From: Bradyrhizobium sp.
Lineage (GTDB): Bacteria > Pseudomonadota > Alphaproteobacteria > Rhizobiales > Xanthobacteraceae
Assembly: GCA_036273255.1 (NCBI GenBank)
Contig: DASUIA010000192.1
Location: 8,230-72,229 of the forward strand
DNA: 64,000 nt
Direction: 5' to 3'
The notes under the pieces are model-generated. The model searched no databases. It was given only the letters and a program-made list of their open reading frames with translations, and was not told the DNA's origin. Shown piece by piece: positions 38,969 through 51,906 of the stretch. Each line of letters opens with the position of its first letter. The stretch's first letter is position 1. The position numbers were made by a program, and so were the translations under genes.

Positions 38969-40473
38969 TGCCAACCGATCCGGTCGATCTTCTCGTTGTC
39001 GGTGGCGGCATCAACGGCGCCGGAATTGCCCGCGACGCCGCCGGACGCGGCCTCAGCGTCGTGCTGTGCGAGAAGGACGACCTGGCGCAGGGAACGAGTT
39101 CGCGTTCCGGCAAGCTCATCCATGGCGGCCTGCGGTACCTCGAATATTGTGAGTTCCGACTGGTTCGCGAGGCGCTGATCGAAAGGGAAGTGCTGCTGCG
39201 CGCGGCGCCCCACATCATCTGGCCATTGCGCTTCGTGCTGCCGCATTCGCGCGCGCAGCGTCCGGCCTGGATGATCTCGCTGGGACTGCTGCTGTATGAT
39301 CATCTCGGTGGCCGAAAGCTGCTGCCGAAATCGCGGCGCCTCGATCTGACGCGCGAAACCTCCGGCAAGGCCCTCAAGCCGGAATTCAGCGCGGGCTTCG
39401 AATACCCGGATTGCTGGGTCGATGATGCGCGGCTGGTCGTGCTCAACGCGCTGGATGCTGCGGCCCGCGGCGCGAGGATTCTCACGCGAACCGCACTGAT
39501 CTCCGCCCGGAGGGACAACGGCGTCTGGCGCGCCGAACTGCGGAATAAAGCCGGGGCGGTCATCAAGGTGTCGGCGCGCGCCATCGTCAATGCCGCCGGG
39601 CCATGGGTCGAGCGCGTGATCCGCCAGAATGCCGGGCTGAACAGCGGCCATCGCGTTCGCCTGGTCAAGGGCAGTCACATCGTGGTGCCGAAATTCTGGG
39701 AGGGACCGCAAGCCTATCTGTTTCAGAACGACGACCGCCGGGTGATTTTCGTCAATCCCTATCAGGGTGATCTCTGTCTGATCGGGACGACGGACATCCC
39801 CTACAATGGCGAACCGGATGGTGTGGTGGCGAGCGAAGAGGAAATTTCCTATCTGCTTCGTGCCGTCAACAGGTTTTGTGTGCGCCAGCTCGATCGGGTG
39901 GACGTCGTCCATTCCTTTGCGGGCGTCCGGCCGCTGTTCGATGATCATGCCGAAGATCCGTCGGCGGTGACGCGCGACTACGCCTTCGAACTCAACGACG
40001 CCGATGGCGTCTTGCCGATGCTGTCGGTATTCGGCGGCAAGATCACGACATTCCGCAGGCTGTCGGAGCAGGCGCTGGAGAAGCTGAAGCCGTACTTTCG
40101 CAACATGCCGGGAACCTGGACTGCGGGTGCTGCCTTGCCCGGCGGAGATATTGCAGCGGCGGATTTCGACGTGTTTGCAGCGGGCCTGCGGCGTGACTAC
40201 CCGGCGTTGCCGGCTGACACGCTGGATCACTATGCACGCCTCTACGGCACGCGCGCCTACCAACTGCTTGATGGCGCGCGAATGCCCGACGATCTGGGCC
40301 GCCACTTTGGCGGCGCGCTCTATCAGCGCGAAGCCGAGTTCCTGCGGAAGAAGGAATGGGCATCGACCGCCGACGACATTCTCGAACGGCGCACCAAGCA
40401 TGGGCTCCGTCTCGCGGCGGAACAGAAGCAGGCATTCACCGACTGGATGTTCAAGATGGCGAAATCAGCATGA
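38965..40473 (+). CDS. FAD-dependent glycerol-3-phosphate dehydrogenase family (EryB-like)
   Basis: GGGINGAGIARDAAGRG, KLIHGGLRYLE, GVRPL, GGKITT. Confidence 0.88.
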   Translation: MMPTDPVDLLVVGGGINGAGIARDAAGRGLSVVLCEKDDLAQGTSSRSGKLIHGGLRYLEYCEFRLVREALIEREVLLRAAPHIIWPLRFVLPHSRAQRPAWMISLGLLLYDHLGGRKLLPKSRRLDLTRETSGKALKPEFSAGFEYPDCWVDDARLVVLNALDAAARGARILTRTALISARRDNGVWRAELRNKAGAVIKVSARAIVNAAGPWVERVIRQNAGLNSGHRVRLVKGSHIVVPKFWEGPQAYLFQNDDRRVIFVNPYQGDLCLIGTTDIPYNGEPDGVVASEEEISYLLRAVNRFCVRQLDRVDVVHSFAGVRPLFDDHAEDPSAVTRDYAFELNDADGVLPMLSVFGGKITTFRRLSEQALEKLKPYFRNMPGTWTAGAALPGGDIAAADFDVFAAGLRRDYPALPADTLDHYARLYGTRAYQLLDGARMPDDLGRHFGGALYQREAEFLRKKEWASTADDILERRTKHGLRLAAEQKQAFTDWMFKMAKSA

Positions 40474-41507
40474 CCAACGACGATTCCGAGATGCGAGACC
40501 TGCTCGGGCTCGCGGAACGGCTGGGACGGAACCCGCTTGCGATTCAGGGTCCCGGCGGCAACATTTCGCTCAAGCGCGACGGCGTGATGTGGGTGAAGGC
40601 CAGTGGCACCTGGATGATGGAAGCGACGGAGCGCTCGATTTTGGTTCCGGTCGATCTTGCCGCCGTGCTTGACGGGCTTGCCGCCAACGACCCCGCCTGC
40701 GAAACATGCAGCGCCTTCGTCCGTCACGACCTTGCCCGCTCGCCACTGCGGCCCTCGATCGAGACCACGCTCCATGCCGTGATGCCGCAGCGGGTGGTCG
40801 TGCATGTGCATTGTGTCGAGACGATTTCGATTGCCTGCCTTCTTGATGCGCCGCAACGGCTGACCGCACCGCTGGCGGGCTTGGACTGGGCCTTCGTGCC
40901 CTATATCCGGCCGGGCGCATCGCTGGGGCGGGCGCTGGCCGAGCATCTCCGAGCCGAAACCGATGTCGTGGTGCTCGGAAAGCATGGTCTGGTGGTCGCC
41001 GCTGACAGCGTGGCCGAGGCAGAACGCTTGTGCACCGAGGTTTCACGACGGCTGGCCCGGGTGCCTCGCGCCGCAGCGGCCGCCGATCGCGAGGCTCTGC
41101 GCGGCGCCGAAGGCGATGGCTATGCAATGGCGGAAGACCGGGACTTGCATGCAATCGCGACGGATCCGATCGGTCTCGCCGCTGCCCGGCGTGGATCGCT
41201 CTATCCGGATCACGTCGTCTTTCTCGGTCCCGGTATCATTGCAGCCGGGCCGAACGAAACCGCGGCGGCCGCGGCGCGGCGGTCAGGCCGCGCCGCAGCG
41301 CCGCTGGTGATCGTTCCCGGTGCCGGCGTCCTGTTGCACGACATGGCGACCCCGGCCGCCCGCGCGCTGGTTCGCTGCCTGGCCGACGTCACCAGTCGGC
41401 TGGCGCGCACGGACCTGCCGGACCCCCTGAGCCCGGCGGACGAAGCGCAACTGCTCGATTGGGATGCGGAGAAGTACCGCCAATCCCTGGACCAGAGGAC
41501 GCCATGA
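40470..41507 (+). CDS. Class II aldolase/adducin-family protein (LalA-like epimerase)
   Basis: QGPGGNISLK, KASG, RPSIETTLH, HVH, LYPDHVVFLG, WDAEKYR. Confidence 0.8.
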   Translation: MTNDDSEMRDLLGLAERLGRNPLAIQGPGGNISLKRDGVMWVKASGTWMMEATERSILVPVDLAAVLDGLAANDPACETCSAFVRHDLARSPLRPSIETTLHAVMPQRVVVHVHCVETISIACLLDAPQRLTAPLAGLDWAFVPYIRPGASLGRALAEHLRAETDVVVLGKHGLVVAADSVAEAERLCTEVSRRLARVPRAAAAADREALRGAEGDGYAMAEDRDLHAIATDPIGLAAARRGSLYPDHVVFLGPGIIAAGPNETAAAAARRSGRAAAPLVIVPGAGVLLHDMATPAARALVRCLADVTSRLARTDLPDPLSPADEAQLLDWDAEKYRQSLDQRTP

Positions 41508-42787
41508 GCGATCTCGCGCTGGGTATCGACGTCGGCACTTCCGGCGTCCGGGTAGCGGCGGTCGACCAGGCGGCGCGGGTGGTGGCCTTCGCCGCGTCAT
41601 CCATGCCGGCGGCACTTCGCGATCACGATCGGATCACGCAGGATGCCGCGGCGTGGAGCGATGGGCTCGACGATGCGATGACGCGCCTTGCGTCAATGGT
41701 GGATCTCGCGCGGGTCGGCGCACTGGCCGTGGACGGCACATCGGGCACGCTTGTCGCGGTCGATGATCGCGGGATTCCGGTCACGGTGGGCAGCCTCTAC
41801 AATGATCGTGCCGACGATACGTCGATCGCGGTGGTCAAACGAGCCGCGCCGGCGCATGCCGCGGTTCACGGCGCAGCATCGCCTCTGGCCCGCGCCATGC
41901 GCTTGCTGCAGACAAAGGGCGTTGCCAGGATCCTGCACCAGGCCGACTGGATCGCCGGGCAATTTTCCGGACGATTCGATATCAGTGACGAAAGCAACTC
42001 CCTGAAGACGGGCTATGATCCGGTCACCAGGGTCTGGCCGGACTGGATCGCAACCACCGGCGTCGAGCCGGATCGGCATCTGCCGACGGTGGTTCCAGCC
42101 GGCGCCGTCATCGGACAGGTTTCCGCCGCGGCGGCGAACAGATTTGGTGTGTCGACCCGGACTATCGTGGTCGCCGGTGCAACGGACGGATGCGCGGCTT
42201 TCCTTGCGACCGGCGCCGGCAAGCCGGGAGACGCGGTCACGTCGCTGGGCTCGACGCTGGTTCTGAAACTCGCGAGTGAGCGACCGCTGTTTGCGCCGGA
42301 ATACGGCCTCTACAGCCATCGGATTGGCGATCTCTGGCTCGCCGGGGGCGCCTCCAATACGGGCGGCGCTGTGTTGGCGCAGTTCTTTACGGCGGAGGAA
42401 ATCCGCAACACCAGCGGTCGGATCGATCCGGCCACCCGCAGCGGTCTCGACTATTATCCCCTTCCGGCCCCCGGCGAGCGATTTCCCATCAACGATCCCG
42501 CCCTGCAGCCACGGATGACGCCGCGCCCGGCCGACGCCGCGCTCTTTCTGCAGGCGCTGTTCGAAGGCATTGCGAACGTCGAAGCGCTGGGTTACCGGCG
42601 CCTGGCCGAACTCGGCGGCCCGCTACCGACCGCCGTCACCACGGTCGGCGGCGGCGCCGCGAATGCGACCTGGAGCCGGATCCGCGCGACGGCGCTCGGC
42701 GTGCCGGTCATGCCGTCCACAAGCGATGAGGCGGCGGTCGGCGCCGCTCGGCTCGCCTGGCGCGGGCTCGGAGCGCGACTTTCGTGA
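41504..42787 (+). CDS. FGGY carbohydrate kinase (RbtB/ribulokinase-like)
   Basis: GIDVGTSG, DGTSGT, HQADW, GGASNTGG, GERFP. Confidence 0.87.
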   Translation: MSDLALGIDVGTSGVRVAAVDQAARVVAFAASSMPAALRDHDRITQDAAAWSDGLDDAMTRLASMVDLARVGALAVDGTSGTLVAVDDRGIPVTVGSLYNDRADDTSIAVVKRAAPAHAAVHGAASPLARAMRLLQTKGVARILHQADWIAGQFSGRFDISDESNSLKTGYDPVTRVWPDWIATTGVEPDRHLPTVVPAGAVIGQVSAAAANRFGVSTRTIVVAGATDGCAAFLATGAGKPGDAVTSLGSTLVLKLASERPLFAPEYGLYSHRIGDLWLAGGASNTGGAVLAQFFTAEEIRNTSGRIDPATRSGLDYYPLPAPGERFPINDPALQPRMTPRPADAALFLQALFEGIANVEALGYRRLAELGGPLPTAVTTVGGGAANATWSRIRATALGVPVMPSTSDEAAVGAARLAWRGLGARLS

Positions 42788-43623
42788 TCAAGCGCATCGT
42801 TGGGCTGCGGGAGATCGCAGGTCAATTCGACCTCTATTTGGTCGACCAATATGGCGTGCTCCATGATGGGGTAATAGCCTATCCAGGCGCCATCGACGCA
42901 TGGAACAGACTTGGCTCCGACGGGCAAAAGGTCGTTGTGCTGACGAATTCCGGGAAGGATGCGTCGGACAATCTGGCACGGCTCGCGTCGCTCGGCTTTG
43001 CAGACCCGTTCCACACCGTCGTCAGTTCGGGCGAGGTCGGCCTGCAACTCGTCAGGAGCGGCGCGCTTGGTCCGCATTTCGCGATCGGGGCCGATGCCTG
43101 TGTGATCGGACGGCATGGAGATCACTATGCCTTTTCGTCCGACGATTTCAGGATGGTGAGCCGGCCGCAGGACGCCGCCTTTCTGGTGTTTGCTGGGTCG
43201 GACGCCCCGCGAAGCTCGCTCGACAGCTATCGCACGATGCTGGCGCGAGCTGCGCAGGCCGGCGTGCCGGCGATCTGCGTCAACCCGGATATCGCCATGA
43301 TCCGGGACGGCCAGCTCGTTCCCGCACCCGGCGCGATCGCCCGGATTTACGAAGACCTCGGAGGATCGGTCGAATATGTCGGCAAGCCGTACCGCGCGAT
43401 CTTCCGGCACGCGCTCAGCGTTGCCGCGGCCGGCGCGGAAGCCCGCGTCGTCATGGTAGGTGACAGTCCCGAACATGACGTGTCCGGCGCCCGGGCGACG
43501 GGGTTGTCGACGCTGCTCGTCCGGACCGGCATTCACCAATCGCTGTCCGAACCGGAGTTGCTCCGCCTGTGCGCCGATTGTGGCGGCACGCCGGATTTCC
43601 TGGCGGCGTCGTTCAGCTGGTAG
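42784..43623 (+). CDS. HAD-superfamily class IIA hydrolase (RbtC-like)
   Basis: DQYGVLHDG, TNSG, GKP, MVGDSPEHDVSGA, TGIH. Confidence 0.88.
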   Translation: MIKRIVGLREIAGQFDLYLVDQYGVLHDGVIAYPGAIDAWNRLGSDGQKVVVLTNSGKDASDNLARLASLGFADPFHTVVSSGEVGLQLVRSGALGPHFAIGADACVIGRHGDHYAFSSDDFRMVSRPQDAAFLVFAGSDAPRSSLDSYRTMLARAAQAGVPAICVNPDIAMIRDGQLVPAPGAIARIYEDLGGSVEYVGKPYRAIFRHALSVAAAGAEARVVMVGDSPEHDVSGARATGLSTLLVRTGIHQSLSEPELLRLCADCGGTPDFLAASFSW

Positions 43624-43643
43624 GAGGAGGCACGCGGATCAAG

Positions 43644-44609
43644 TCATCCGCGCTTTGCCGATGACCGTGTCAAACGAAGCCGGCGGTGGGTCCGCGGCAA
43701 GAACTGGGCTCCGCTGGCGCTGAGAAAGTCGAGCATCGCCTGCGCTGGGGGAAGCAGGACCTTGTCCTTGCGCGAGAGCACGAACCATTGACGGACAACC
43801 GGCAGGCCATCGACATCGAGCGTCACCAGCCGCCGTTCGTCGAGTTCGGTAGCGACCGTGTGCGCGGAAATGAACGCAATCCCGAGGCCTGCGATAACCG
43901 CCTGCTTGATGGTCTCGTTGCTGCTCATCGCCATGCCGATCTTCGGGTGAATGCCGGCGGATTCGAACAATTGCTCCATCAGGCCGCGCGTTCCCGATCC
44001 AGGTTCGCGCGTCAGGAAGGTTTCGTCGGCCAAGGCCGTCAGCGGCAAGCCTGTCTTTCGGGCCAGTCGATGCGTCGTGGGCGCAATGATGACATGAGGA
44101 TGGTCGCCGATCAGATGGACGTTCATGGGGATGTCGACCGGCGGCCGGCCCATGATGGCGAAATCCAGATCATAGCCGCGCAGCGCCGTTCCGATTTCCT
44201 GCCGGTTGCCGATAGAGAGCGAGACATCGACATTCGGATATGCCTTCGAAAATCCGGAGATGACGAACGGTACGAAGTACTTTGAAGTGCTGACCGCGCC
44301 GATCGACACGCGTCCGGCGGTATTGCCCGCGATCATGTCGAGCGAAGCCTCGCACGACTTGATTGCAGCCTCGATCCGCTCGGAAAGAGCCAGCACTTCA
44401 CGACCGGCATCGGTCAGCAGCATGCCATCGCTGGTGCGCTGAATCAGGGGCAGTCCGGCGAGCGCCTGCAGGTTGCGAAGCTGCAGGGTAACCGCGGGCT
44501 GGGTGAGATGGAGCTGTTTGGCAGCGGCGGTCACCGACCGGTGCTTCTGCACCACCGACAGCGCCCTCAGTTGACGAATGGTCAATTCCCGCAGGAACCG
44601 GCTTGGCAT
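43644..44609 (-). CDS. cbbR: LysR-family Calvin cycle regulator CbbR
   Basis: LTIRQL, LHLTQPAV, VSTSKYFVP, REPGSGTR, SNETIKQAVIAGLG; divergent from cbbF. Confidence 0.92.
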   Translation of the reverse strand: MPSRFLRELTIRQLRALSVVQKHRSVTAAAKQLHLTQPAVTLQLRNLQALAGLPLIQRTSDGMLLTDAGREVLALSERIEAAIKSCEASLDMIAGNTAGRVSIGAVSTSKYFVPFVISGFSKAYPNVDVSLSIGNRQEIGTALRGYDLDFAIMGRPPVDIPMNVHLIGDHPHVIIAPTTHRLARKTGLPLTALADETFLTREPGSGTRGLMEQLFESAGIHPKIGMAMSSNETIKQAVIAGLGIAFISAHTVATELDERRLVTLDVDGLPVVRQWFVLSRKDKVLLPPAQAMLDFLSASGAQFLPRTHRRLRLTRSSAKRG

Positions 44610-44618
44610 CAATATCTC

Positions 44619-44665
44619 CATAAGAAAAAATTGGCACAACCCAAAGATAACAAAATTTCCTTAAT
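44619..44665. promoter_or_regulatory. CbbR-binding/divergent promoter region
   Basis: AT-rich CATAAGAAAAAATTGG...GATAACAAAATTTCCTTAAT between cbbR and cbbF. Confidence 0.5.
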
Positions 44666-44756
44666 CAGGCAAATTGCGCTCTTCTTATCTGGCAATTGGC
44701 CAGAAGGTGAAACGCGCCAGTGGGAGCGGCCCGATTGTGGGCACAGGGAGACGACC

Positions 44757-45794
44757 ATGCATGAGCGCTTGACCCTGCATTCGCATCTCGATCGGTTCGC
44801 GTCGCAGACGCCTCATGGTGCTGCGGTAGGCAAGGTGATCGAGGTGATCGCGGCGGCGGGGATCGAACTTGCGGCGCTCATCGCCGACGGGCCGCTGGCG
44901 GGAATCACTGGACGCGTCGATGGCGTCAATTCCGACGGTGACCAGCAGAAGGACATTGACGTCGCGGCCGACAACATCATGCGATCGGCGTTGAAGAGGG
45001 CCCCTGTTGCCGCGGTGTTGTCCGAGGAGGTGGCGCTGCCCGAAACACTCGATCCCGAGGCGCCGCTTTGCGTGGCGATCGATCCGCTCGACGGCTCGGC
45101 CAACCTCGAGAACAACATTTCGGTCGGCACCATCTTTTCGATTCGTCCGAGGGGCAACGACATCCTTTCGACCTTCTTCGAGCCCGGCACCGCGCAGTGC
45201 GCCGCCGGCTTCGTTGTCTACGGTCCGCAAACCAGCCTGGTCCTCGCACACAACAACACCGTCGATATCTTCCTTCTCGATCAGCGCCGGCGCGAGTTCG
45301 TGCTGATCAAGAACGATGTCCGGATTGCGCCCGCCATGCCGGAATTCGCCATCAATGCATCCAATCGCCGGCACTGGCACGGTCCAGTTCGCGTCTACAT
45401 CGACGAATGCCTCGCCGGGAGCACCGGCGACCGCGGCGCCGATTTCAACATGCGGTGGATCGGTTCGCTGGTGGCGGAGGCTTTGCGCATCCTGGTGCGT
45501 GGCGGGGTGTTTCTCTACCCCGCCGACGCGCGTCCCGGTTATCACGAGGGCAGGCTTCGGCTGCTCTACGAAGCCCATCCCATGGCGCTGATAATGGAGT
45601 GGGCGGGCGGCGCCGCCAGCACTGGACGGCGTCGCATTCTGGAACTTGGAGCGAAAACGCCGCACCAGCGGGTTCCGCTGATCATGGGTTCGGAGCGCGG
45701 CGTTGCCGACGTCGCGTCGTTTCACGAACGCATTGAACCGATGTTCGAAAACAGTGACGCTCCGCTGTTCGCGCGGCGCGGTCTGTTTCGCTAG
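44757..45794 (+). CDS. cbbF: Fructose-1,6/sedoheptulose-1,7-bisphosphatase class I
   Basis: SEE, IDPLDGSANL, YGPQT, MRWIGSLVAE, GRLRLLYEA. Confidence 0.93.
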   Translation: MHERLTLHSHLDRFASQTPHGAAVGKVIEVIAAAGIELAALIADGPLAGITGRVDGVNSDGDQQKDIDVAADNIMRSALKRAPVAAVLSEEVALPETLDPEAPLCVAIDPLDGSANLENNISVGTIFSIRPRGNDILSTFFEPGTAQCAAGFVVYGPQTSLVLAHNNTVDIFLLDQRRREFVLIKNDVRIAPAMPEFAINASNRRHWHGPVRVYIDECLAGSTGDRGADFNMRWIGSLVAEALRILVRGGVFLYPADARPGYHEGRLRLLYEAHPMALIMEWAGGAASTGRRRILELGAKTPHQRVPLIMGSERGVADVASFHERIEPMFENSDAPLFARRGLFR

Positions 45795-45808
45795 CTGGAC
45801 CGGGTCAG

Positions 45809-46684
45809 ATGTCGCGCAGCCATCCCATCATATCGATCACGGGCTCCTCGGGCGCCGGCACGACCTCGGTCAAAAGGACTTTCGAGAACATCTTCCGCCG
45901 CGAGAAGGTGCACGCGGCCTACATCGAGGGCGACGCCTTCCATCGCTACAACCGCTCCGAAATGCGCACGAAAATGGCGGAGGAGGGGGACCGTGGCAAC
46001 CGGCACTTCAGCCATTTCAGCCCGGAGACCAACCTTTTCGAGGAACTGGAGAAGGCGTTTCGCGATTACGGTGAATCCGGCACCGGCACCACCCGGCATT
46101 ACGTCCACGATGACGACGAGGCCAAACTGTACGGCGCGGAACCGGGCACCTTTACCGAATGGGGGCCGCTGCCGGAAGGCTCCGACCTGTTGTTCTATGA
46201 AGGCCTGCATGGCGCAGTCGTGACCGACAAGGTCAACATTGCCCAATATGCCGATCTCAAGATCGGCGTCGTTCCGGTGATCAACCTCGAATGGATCCAG
46301 AAGCTGCATCGCGACCGCAGCGATCGTGGCTATACCGCGGAGGCGGTGACCGACACCATCCTGCGGCGGATGCCGGATTACGTGAACTACATCTGTCCGC
46401 AGTTTGCCGAGACCGACATCAACTTCCAGCGCGTGCCGACCGTCGACACCTCGAATCCGTTCATCGCGCGCTGGATTCCGACGCCGGACGAATCGATGGT
46501 GGTGATCAGGCTCAAGAATCCGCGCGGCATCGATTTCCCCTATTTGCTGTCGATGATCCCCAACAGCTTCATGTCGCGCGCCAATTCGATCGTGATTCAC
46601 GGCTCGAAGCTCGACCTCGCGATGCAGCTCATTCTGACCCCGCTGATCCTGCAACTGATGGAACGCAAGAGGCGCACCGTATGA
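45809..46684 (+). CDS. cbbP: Phosphoribulokinase
   Basis: [35 protein letters not shown]. Confidence 0.96.
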   Translation: MSRSHPIISITGSSGAGTTSVKRTFENIFRREKVHAAYIEGDAFHRYNRSEMRTKMAEEGDRGNRHFSHFSPETNLFEELEKAFRDYGESGTGTTRHYVHDDDEAKLYGAEPGTFTEWGPLPEGSDLLFYEGLHGAVVTDKVNIAQYADLKIGVVPVINLEWIQKLHRDRSDRGYTAEAVTDTILRRMPDYVNYICPQFAETDINFQRVPTVDTSNPFIARWIPTPDESMVVIRLKNPRGIDFPYLLSMIPNSFMSRANSIVIHGSKLDLAMQLILTPLILQLMERKRRTV

Positions 46685-48720
46685 ACGCTCCCGCCTTGTC
46701 CCGTATTGCCGGCCGTCCCGATCCAGCGCATGCTGAACTGGCGAACGCGATCCGCTTTCTGGCCATCGATGCGGTGGAGAAAGCCAAATCCGGCCATCCA
46801 GGCATGCCGATGGGGATGGCAGACGTCGCCACGGTGCTGTTCTCCCGCTTTCTCAAATTCGACGCAGCCGATCCGTCCTGGCCCGATCGCGACCGCTTCG
46901 TCCTGTCTGCCGGTCACGGTTCGATGCTGTTGTATGCGCTGTTGCATTTGACGGGTTATGAGGGCGTGACGTCCGACCAGCTCGGGGCGTTCAGGCAGTG
47001 GGGTTCGAAAACGCCCGGCCATCCCGAGTACGGCCATACCCCCGGCGTCGAAACCACCACCGGGCCGCTGGGACAGGGCATCGCGACCGCCGTCGGCATG
47101 GCACTCGCGGAGCGGTTGCTGAACGCGCGCTTCGGGCGTGAATTCGTCGATCACTATACCTACGTGATCGCCGGTGACGGCTGCCTGATGGAGGGCATCA
47201 GTCACGAGGCGATTTCGCTGGCGGGGCATCTTCGGCTTGGCCGGCTGATCGTTTTGTTCGACGACAACCAAATCTCGATCGACGGCCCGACATCGCTGTC
47301 ATGTTCGGATGACCAGCTTGCTCGTTTCAAGGCGGCGGGCTGGTCTGCCTGCCGTGTCGACGGTCACGACCCCGAAGCGATCGCGACCGCGATTGAACGC
47401 GCCCGGAACCAGGATCGGCCATCGTTGATCGCCTGCCGTACGGTGATCGGTTTCGGCGCACCGAACCGTCAGGGCACCGAAAAAGCGCATGGTGCGCCGC
47501 TCGGCGCCGACGAAGTCGCGAAGACCCGCGCGGCGCTAGGCTGGCCGCACCAGCCATTTCTCATTCCCGATGACGTCATGGCGCAGTGGCGCAAGATCGG
47601 CGCGAGGGGACAGGCCGCCCGCCGCGAATGGATCGAGCGGACGAGGCGGCTCAATGCCGTGTCGCGTTCGCCGTTTCACGACGGGCTGAATCGCAAGCTG
47701 CCAAGCGACTACCGCGAGGCCATGGATCAGCTTCGGGCCCGGTTCGGCAACGAGCGGCCGAGCATTGCCACTCGGCAGGCGTCGCAACTGGTGATCGATG
47801 CGATAGCGGAAGTCTTGCCGAATTTGCTCGGCGGCTCCGCCGACCTGACTCACTCCAACCTCACCCGCGCCAAGACACAGCAGGCAGTGCGTCACGATTC
47901 GTTTGCGGGCAGCTATCTGCACTACGGTATCCGCGAGCACGCCATGGCGGCGGCGATGAACGGCATCGCCCTGCATGGCGGCTTTATCCCCTATGGCGGC
48001 ACATTTCTGACCTTTGCCGACTATAGCCGACCGGCGATCAGGCTGGCGGCGCTGATGGGAATCAGGGTCATCCATGTAATGACGCATGATTCCATCGGAC
48101 TGGGCGAAGACGGCCCTACCCATCAGCCGGTCGAGCATCTGGCGTCGTTGCGAGCCATCCCCAATCTGCTGGTGTTCCGGCCCGGCGACGCCGTGGAAAC
48201 CGCCGAGGCCTGGGATTGCGCGCTGCAGGCGGAGACCTCTCCGTCGGTGCTGTGCCTTTCGCGGCAGGCATTGCCGCCGTTTCGTGACGCGACCGGCGGT
48301 GCCAATTGTGTTGCATGCGGCGCGTACGTGGTGGTCGAACCGCCAGGCGCCCGTGACATCACCTTGATCGCAACCGGCTCCGAAGTTTCGATCGCAATCG
48401 AAGCGGCGAAATTGCTCGCTGTCGATCACGTTCGGGCCGCCGTGGTCTCGGCGCCGTGCTTTGATCTGTTTCGTCAACAGCCGCCCGAATACCGCGCAGC
48501 CGTGCTGGGATCCGTGCCAAGGATCGGCGTCGAAGCCGCCGTCGAGGGCGACTGGGCGCGCTGGATCGGCGACTCCGGAGAGTTCGTCGGCATGACCGGC
48601 TTTGGCGCATCTGCCCCGGCCGAGACGCTGTACCGCGAATTCGGAATTACCGCGGAAGCAGTTGCCGCTGCAGCCCGGCGCTGCATTGCGCGGTGCAGGA
48701 TGGCGACGACATACGCATGA
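46681..48720 (+). CDS. cbbT: Transketolase
   Basis: [43 protein letters not shown]. Confidence 0.95.
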   Translation: MNAPALSRIAGRPDPAHAELANAIRFLAIDAVEKAKSGHPGMPMGMADVATVLFSRFLKFDAADPSWPDRDRFVLSAGHGSMLLYALLHLTGYEGVTSDQLGAFRQWGSKTPGHPEYGHTPGVETTTGPLGQGIATAVGMALAERLLNARFGREFVDHYTYVIAGDGCLMEGISHEAISLAGHLRLGRLIVLFDDNQISIDGPTSLSCSDDQLARFKAAGWSACRVDGHDPEAIATAIERARNQDRPSLIACRTVIGFGAPNRQGTEKAHGAPLGADEVAKTRAALGWPHQPFLIPDDVMAQWRKIGARGQAARREWIERTRRLNAVSRSPFHDGLNRKLPSDYREAMDQLRARFGNERPSIATRQASQLVIDAIAEVLPNLLGGSADLTHSNLTRAKTQQAVRHDSFAGSYLHYGIREHAMAAAMNGIALHGGFIPYGGTFLTFADYSRPAIRLAALMGIRVIHVMTHDSIGLGEDGPTHQPVEHLASLRAIPNLLVFRPGDAVETAEAWDCALQAETSPSVLCLSRQALPPFRDATGGANCVACGAYVVVEPPGARDITLIATGSEVSIAIEAAKLLAVDHVRAAVVSAPCFDLFRQQPPEYRAAVLGSVPRIGVEAAVEGDWARWIGDSGEFVGMTGFGASAPAETLYREFGITAEAVAAAARRCIARCRMATTYA

Positions 48721-48754
48721 TGTTCAACGCGCAAGCAATGAAACGGAGGCGCCG

Positions 48755-49840
48755 ATGGCGAAGATAACGTTGAGGCAATTGCTCGACCATGCCGCAGAGC
48801 ACGGCTATGGCGTTCCGGCATTCAACATCAACAATATGGAGCAAGGGCTCGCGATCATGGAGGCGGCGGCCGCCGTCGACGCGCCGGTCATTCTCCAGGC
48901 CTCGCGCGGCGCGCGTTCCTACGCCAACGACATCATGCTGTCGAAGATGATCGATGCGCTGGAGCAAATGCATCCGCAGATTCCGCTCTGCCTGCACCAG
49001 GATCACGGCAACGAGGAAGCGACCTGCGCCACCGCGATCACCTGCGGCTTTACCTCTGTCATGATGGATGGATCGCTCAAGGCCGACGGCAAGACCGCGG
49101 CAGACTACGACTATAACGTCGGGATCACCCGGCGCGTGGTCGAGTTGGCGCACTGGGTCGGCGCGTCGGTCGAAGGTGAACTGGGCGTGCTCGGTTCGCT
49201 GGAGCACGGCGGTGGTGAACAGGAGGATGGCCATGGCGTCGAAGGCAAGATCAGCCATGACCAGTTGCTCACCGATCCGGACCAGGCCGTCGATTTCGTC
49301 CGCGCCACCAAGGTCGACGCCCTGGCGATTGCCATGGGCACCTCGCACGGCGCCTACAAGTTCTCCCGCAAGCCGGACGGCGACATCCTGGCGATGAAGG
49401 TGGTCGAGGAAATCCACCGCCGTCTGCCCAATACGCATCTGGTGATGCACGGATCGTCCTCGGTGCCGCAGCCGCTACAGGACGTCTTCAACCGGTTCGG
49501 CGGCGAGATGCCGCAGACCTGGGGCGTTCCGGTCGAGGAGATCGTCCGCGGCATCAGGCACGGCGTGCGCAAGGTCAATATCGACACCGACTGCCGGCTG
49601 GCGATGACCGCTGCGTTCCGCAAGGTCGCCACCCAGACCCGAAGCGAGTTCGATCCGCGCAAGTTCCTCAAGCCCGCGATGGATGCGATGCGCGACCTCT
49701 GTCGCGAGCGCTTCGAACAGTTCGGCACCGCCGGAAATGCCGCAAAGATCAGAGTGATCCCATTGTCTGAAATGGCCAAGCTCTATCGCGCGGGTAAGCT
49801 AGATCCGCGTATCGGTAAAACGGCCGTCGCCGCGGAGTGA
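48755..49840 (+). CDS. cbbA: Fructose-bisphosphate aldolase class II
   Basis: [37 protein letters not shown]. Confidence 0.95.
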   Translation: MAKITLRQLLDHAAEHGYGVPAFNINNMEQGLAIMEAAAAVDAPVILQASRGARSYANDIMLSKMIDALEQMHPQIPLCLHQDHGNEEATCATAITCGFTSVMMDGSLKADGKTAADYDYNVGITRRVVELAHWVGASVEGELGVLGSLEHGGGEQEDGHGVEGKISHDQLLTDPDQAVDFVRATKVDALAIAMGTSHGAYKFSRKPDGDILAMKVVEEIHRRLPNTHLVMHGSSSVPQPLQDVFNRFGGEMPQTWGVPVEEIVRGIRHGVRKVNIDTDCRLAMTAAFRKVATQTRSEFDPRKFLKPAMDAMRDLCRERFEQFGTAGNAAKIRVIPLSEMAKLYRAGKLDPRIGKTAVAAE

Positions 49841-49852
49841 AGTGCGATCTGA

Positions 49853-51346
<1,494 letters not shown>

Positions 51347-51372
51347 GGGATACCCTAAGGAGATTTACGCCT

Positions 51373-51810
51373 ATGATGACTAATCACGGCAACCGCGTCA
51401 CGCAGGGACAGTTTTCATTCCTGCCCGATCTCACCGACGCGCAAATCACCGCGCAGATCGAGTATGCGCTCAAGAACAATTTTGCGATCAGCGTCGAATA
51501 CACCGACGATCCGCATCCGCGGAACACCTATTGGGAAATGTTCGGCATGCCGATGTTCGACTTGAAGGATGCCGCTGGCATCATGATGGAGATCAACAAT
51601 TGCCGGAAAACCTTTTCCGACTACTATATCCGCGTCACGGCGTTCAATTCCGTCCGCGGCGTCGAGAGCCCGGTAATGTCTTATATCGTGAACCGTCCGA
51701 AGAACGAGCCAGGTTTCATGTTGCAGCGGACCGAGATCCGTGGCCGGCAGATCCAATACACCACGCGAGCCTATGTCACTGACAAGCCCGCCGGCGAACG
51801 CTACAAGTAG
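51373..51810 (+). CDS. cbbS: RuBisCO small subunit, red-type
   Basis: TQGQFSFLPDL, DDPHPRNTYWEM, C-terminal beta-hairpin extension; AGGAG SD. Confidence 0.96.
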   Translation: MMTNHGNRVTQGQFSFLPDLTDAQITAQIEYALKNNFAISVEYTDDPHPRNTYWEMFGMPMFDLKDAAGIMMEINNCRKTFSDYYIRVTAFNSVRGVESPVMSYIVNRPKNEPGFMLQRTEIRGRQIQYTTRAYVTDKPAGERYK

Positions 51811-51830
51811 TGCCACAAAGTCCTCCTTGT

Positions 51831-51885
51831 GCCCTCTCCCCCTGTGGGAGAGGGCTCCCGCCCTTTAGGCGGGTGGGTGAGCGGG
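51831..51885. repeat. REP/RIME-like palindromic element
   Basis: GCCCTCTCCC-CCTGT-GGGAGAGGGC, then CCCGCC-CTTTA-GGCGGG and GGGTGAGCGGG. Confidence 0.65.
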
Positions 51886-51906
51886 ATCGACGGATCAAGG
51901 ATTGAC

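Noticed and set aside
51829-51906. N-terminal MPSPPVGEG extension of CbbX
   Set aside because: Translation of the palindromic repeat element; ATG 51907 is more plausible
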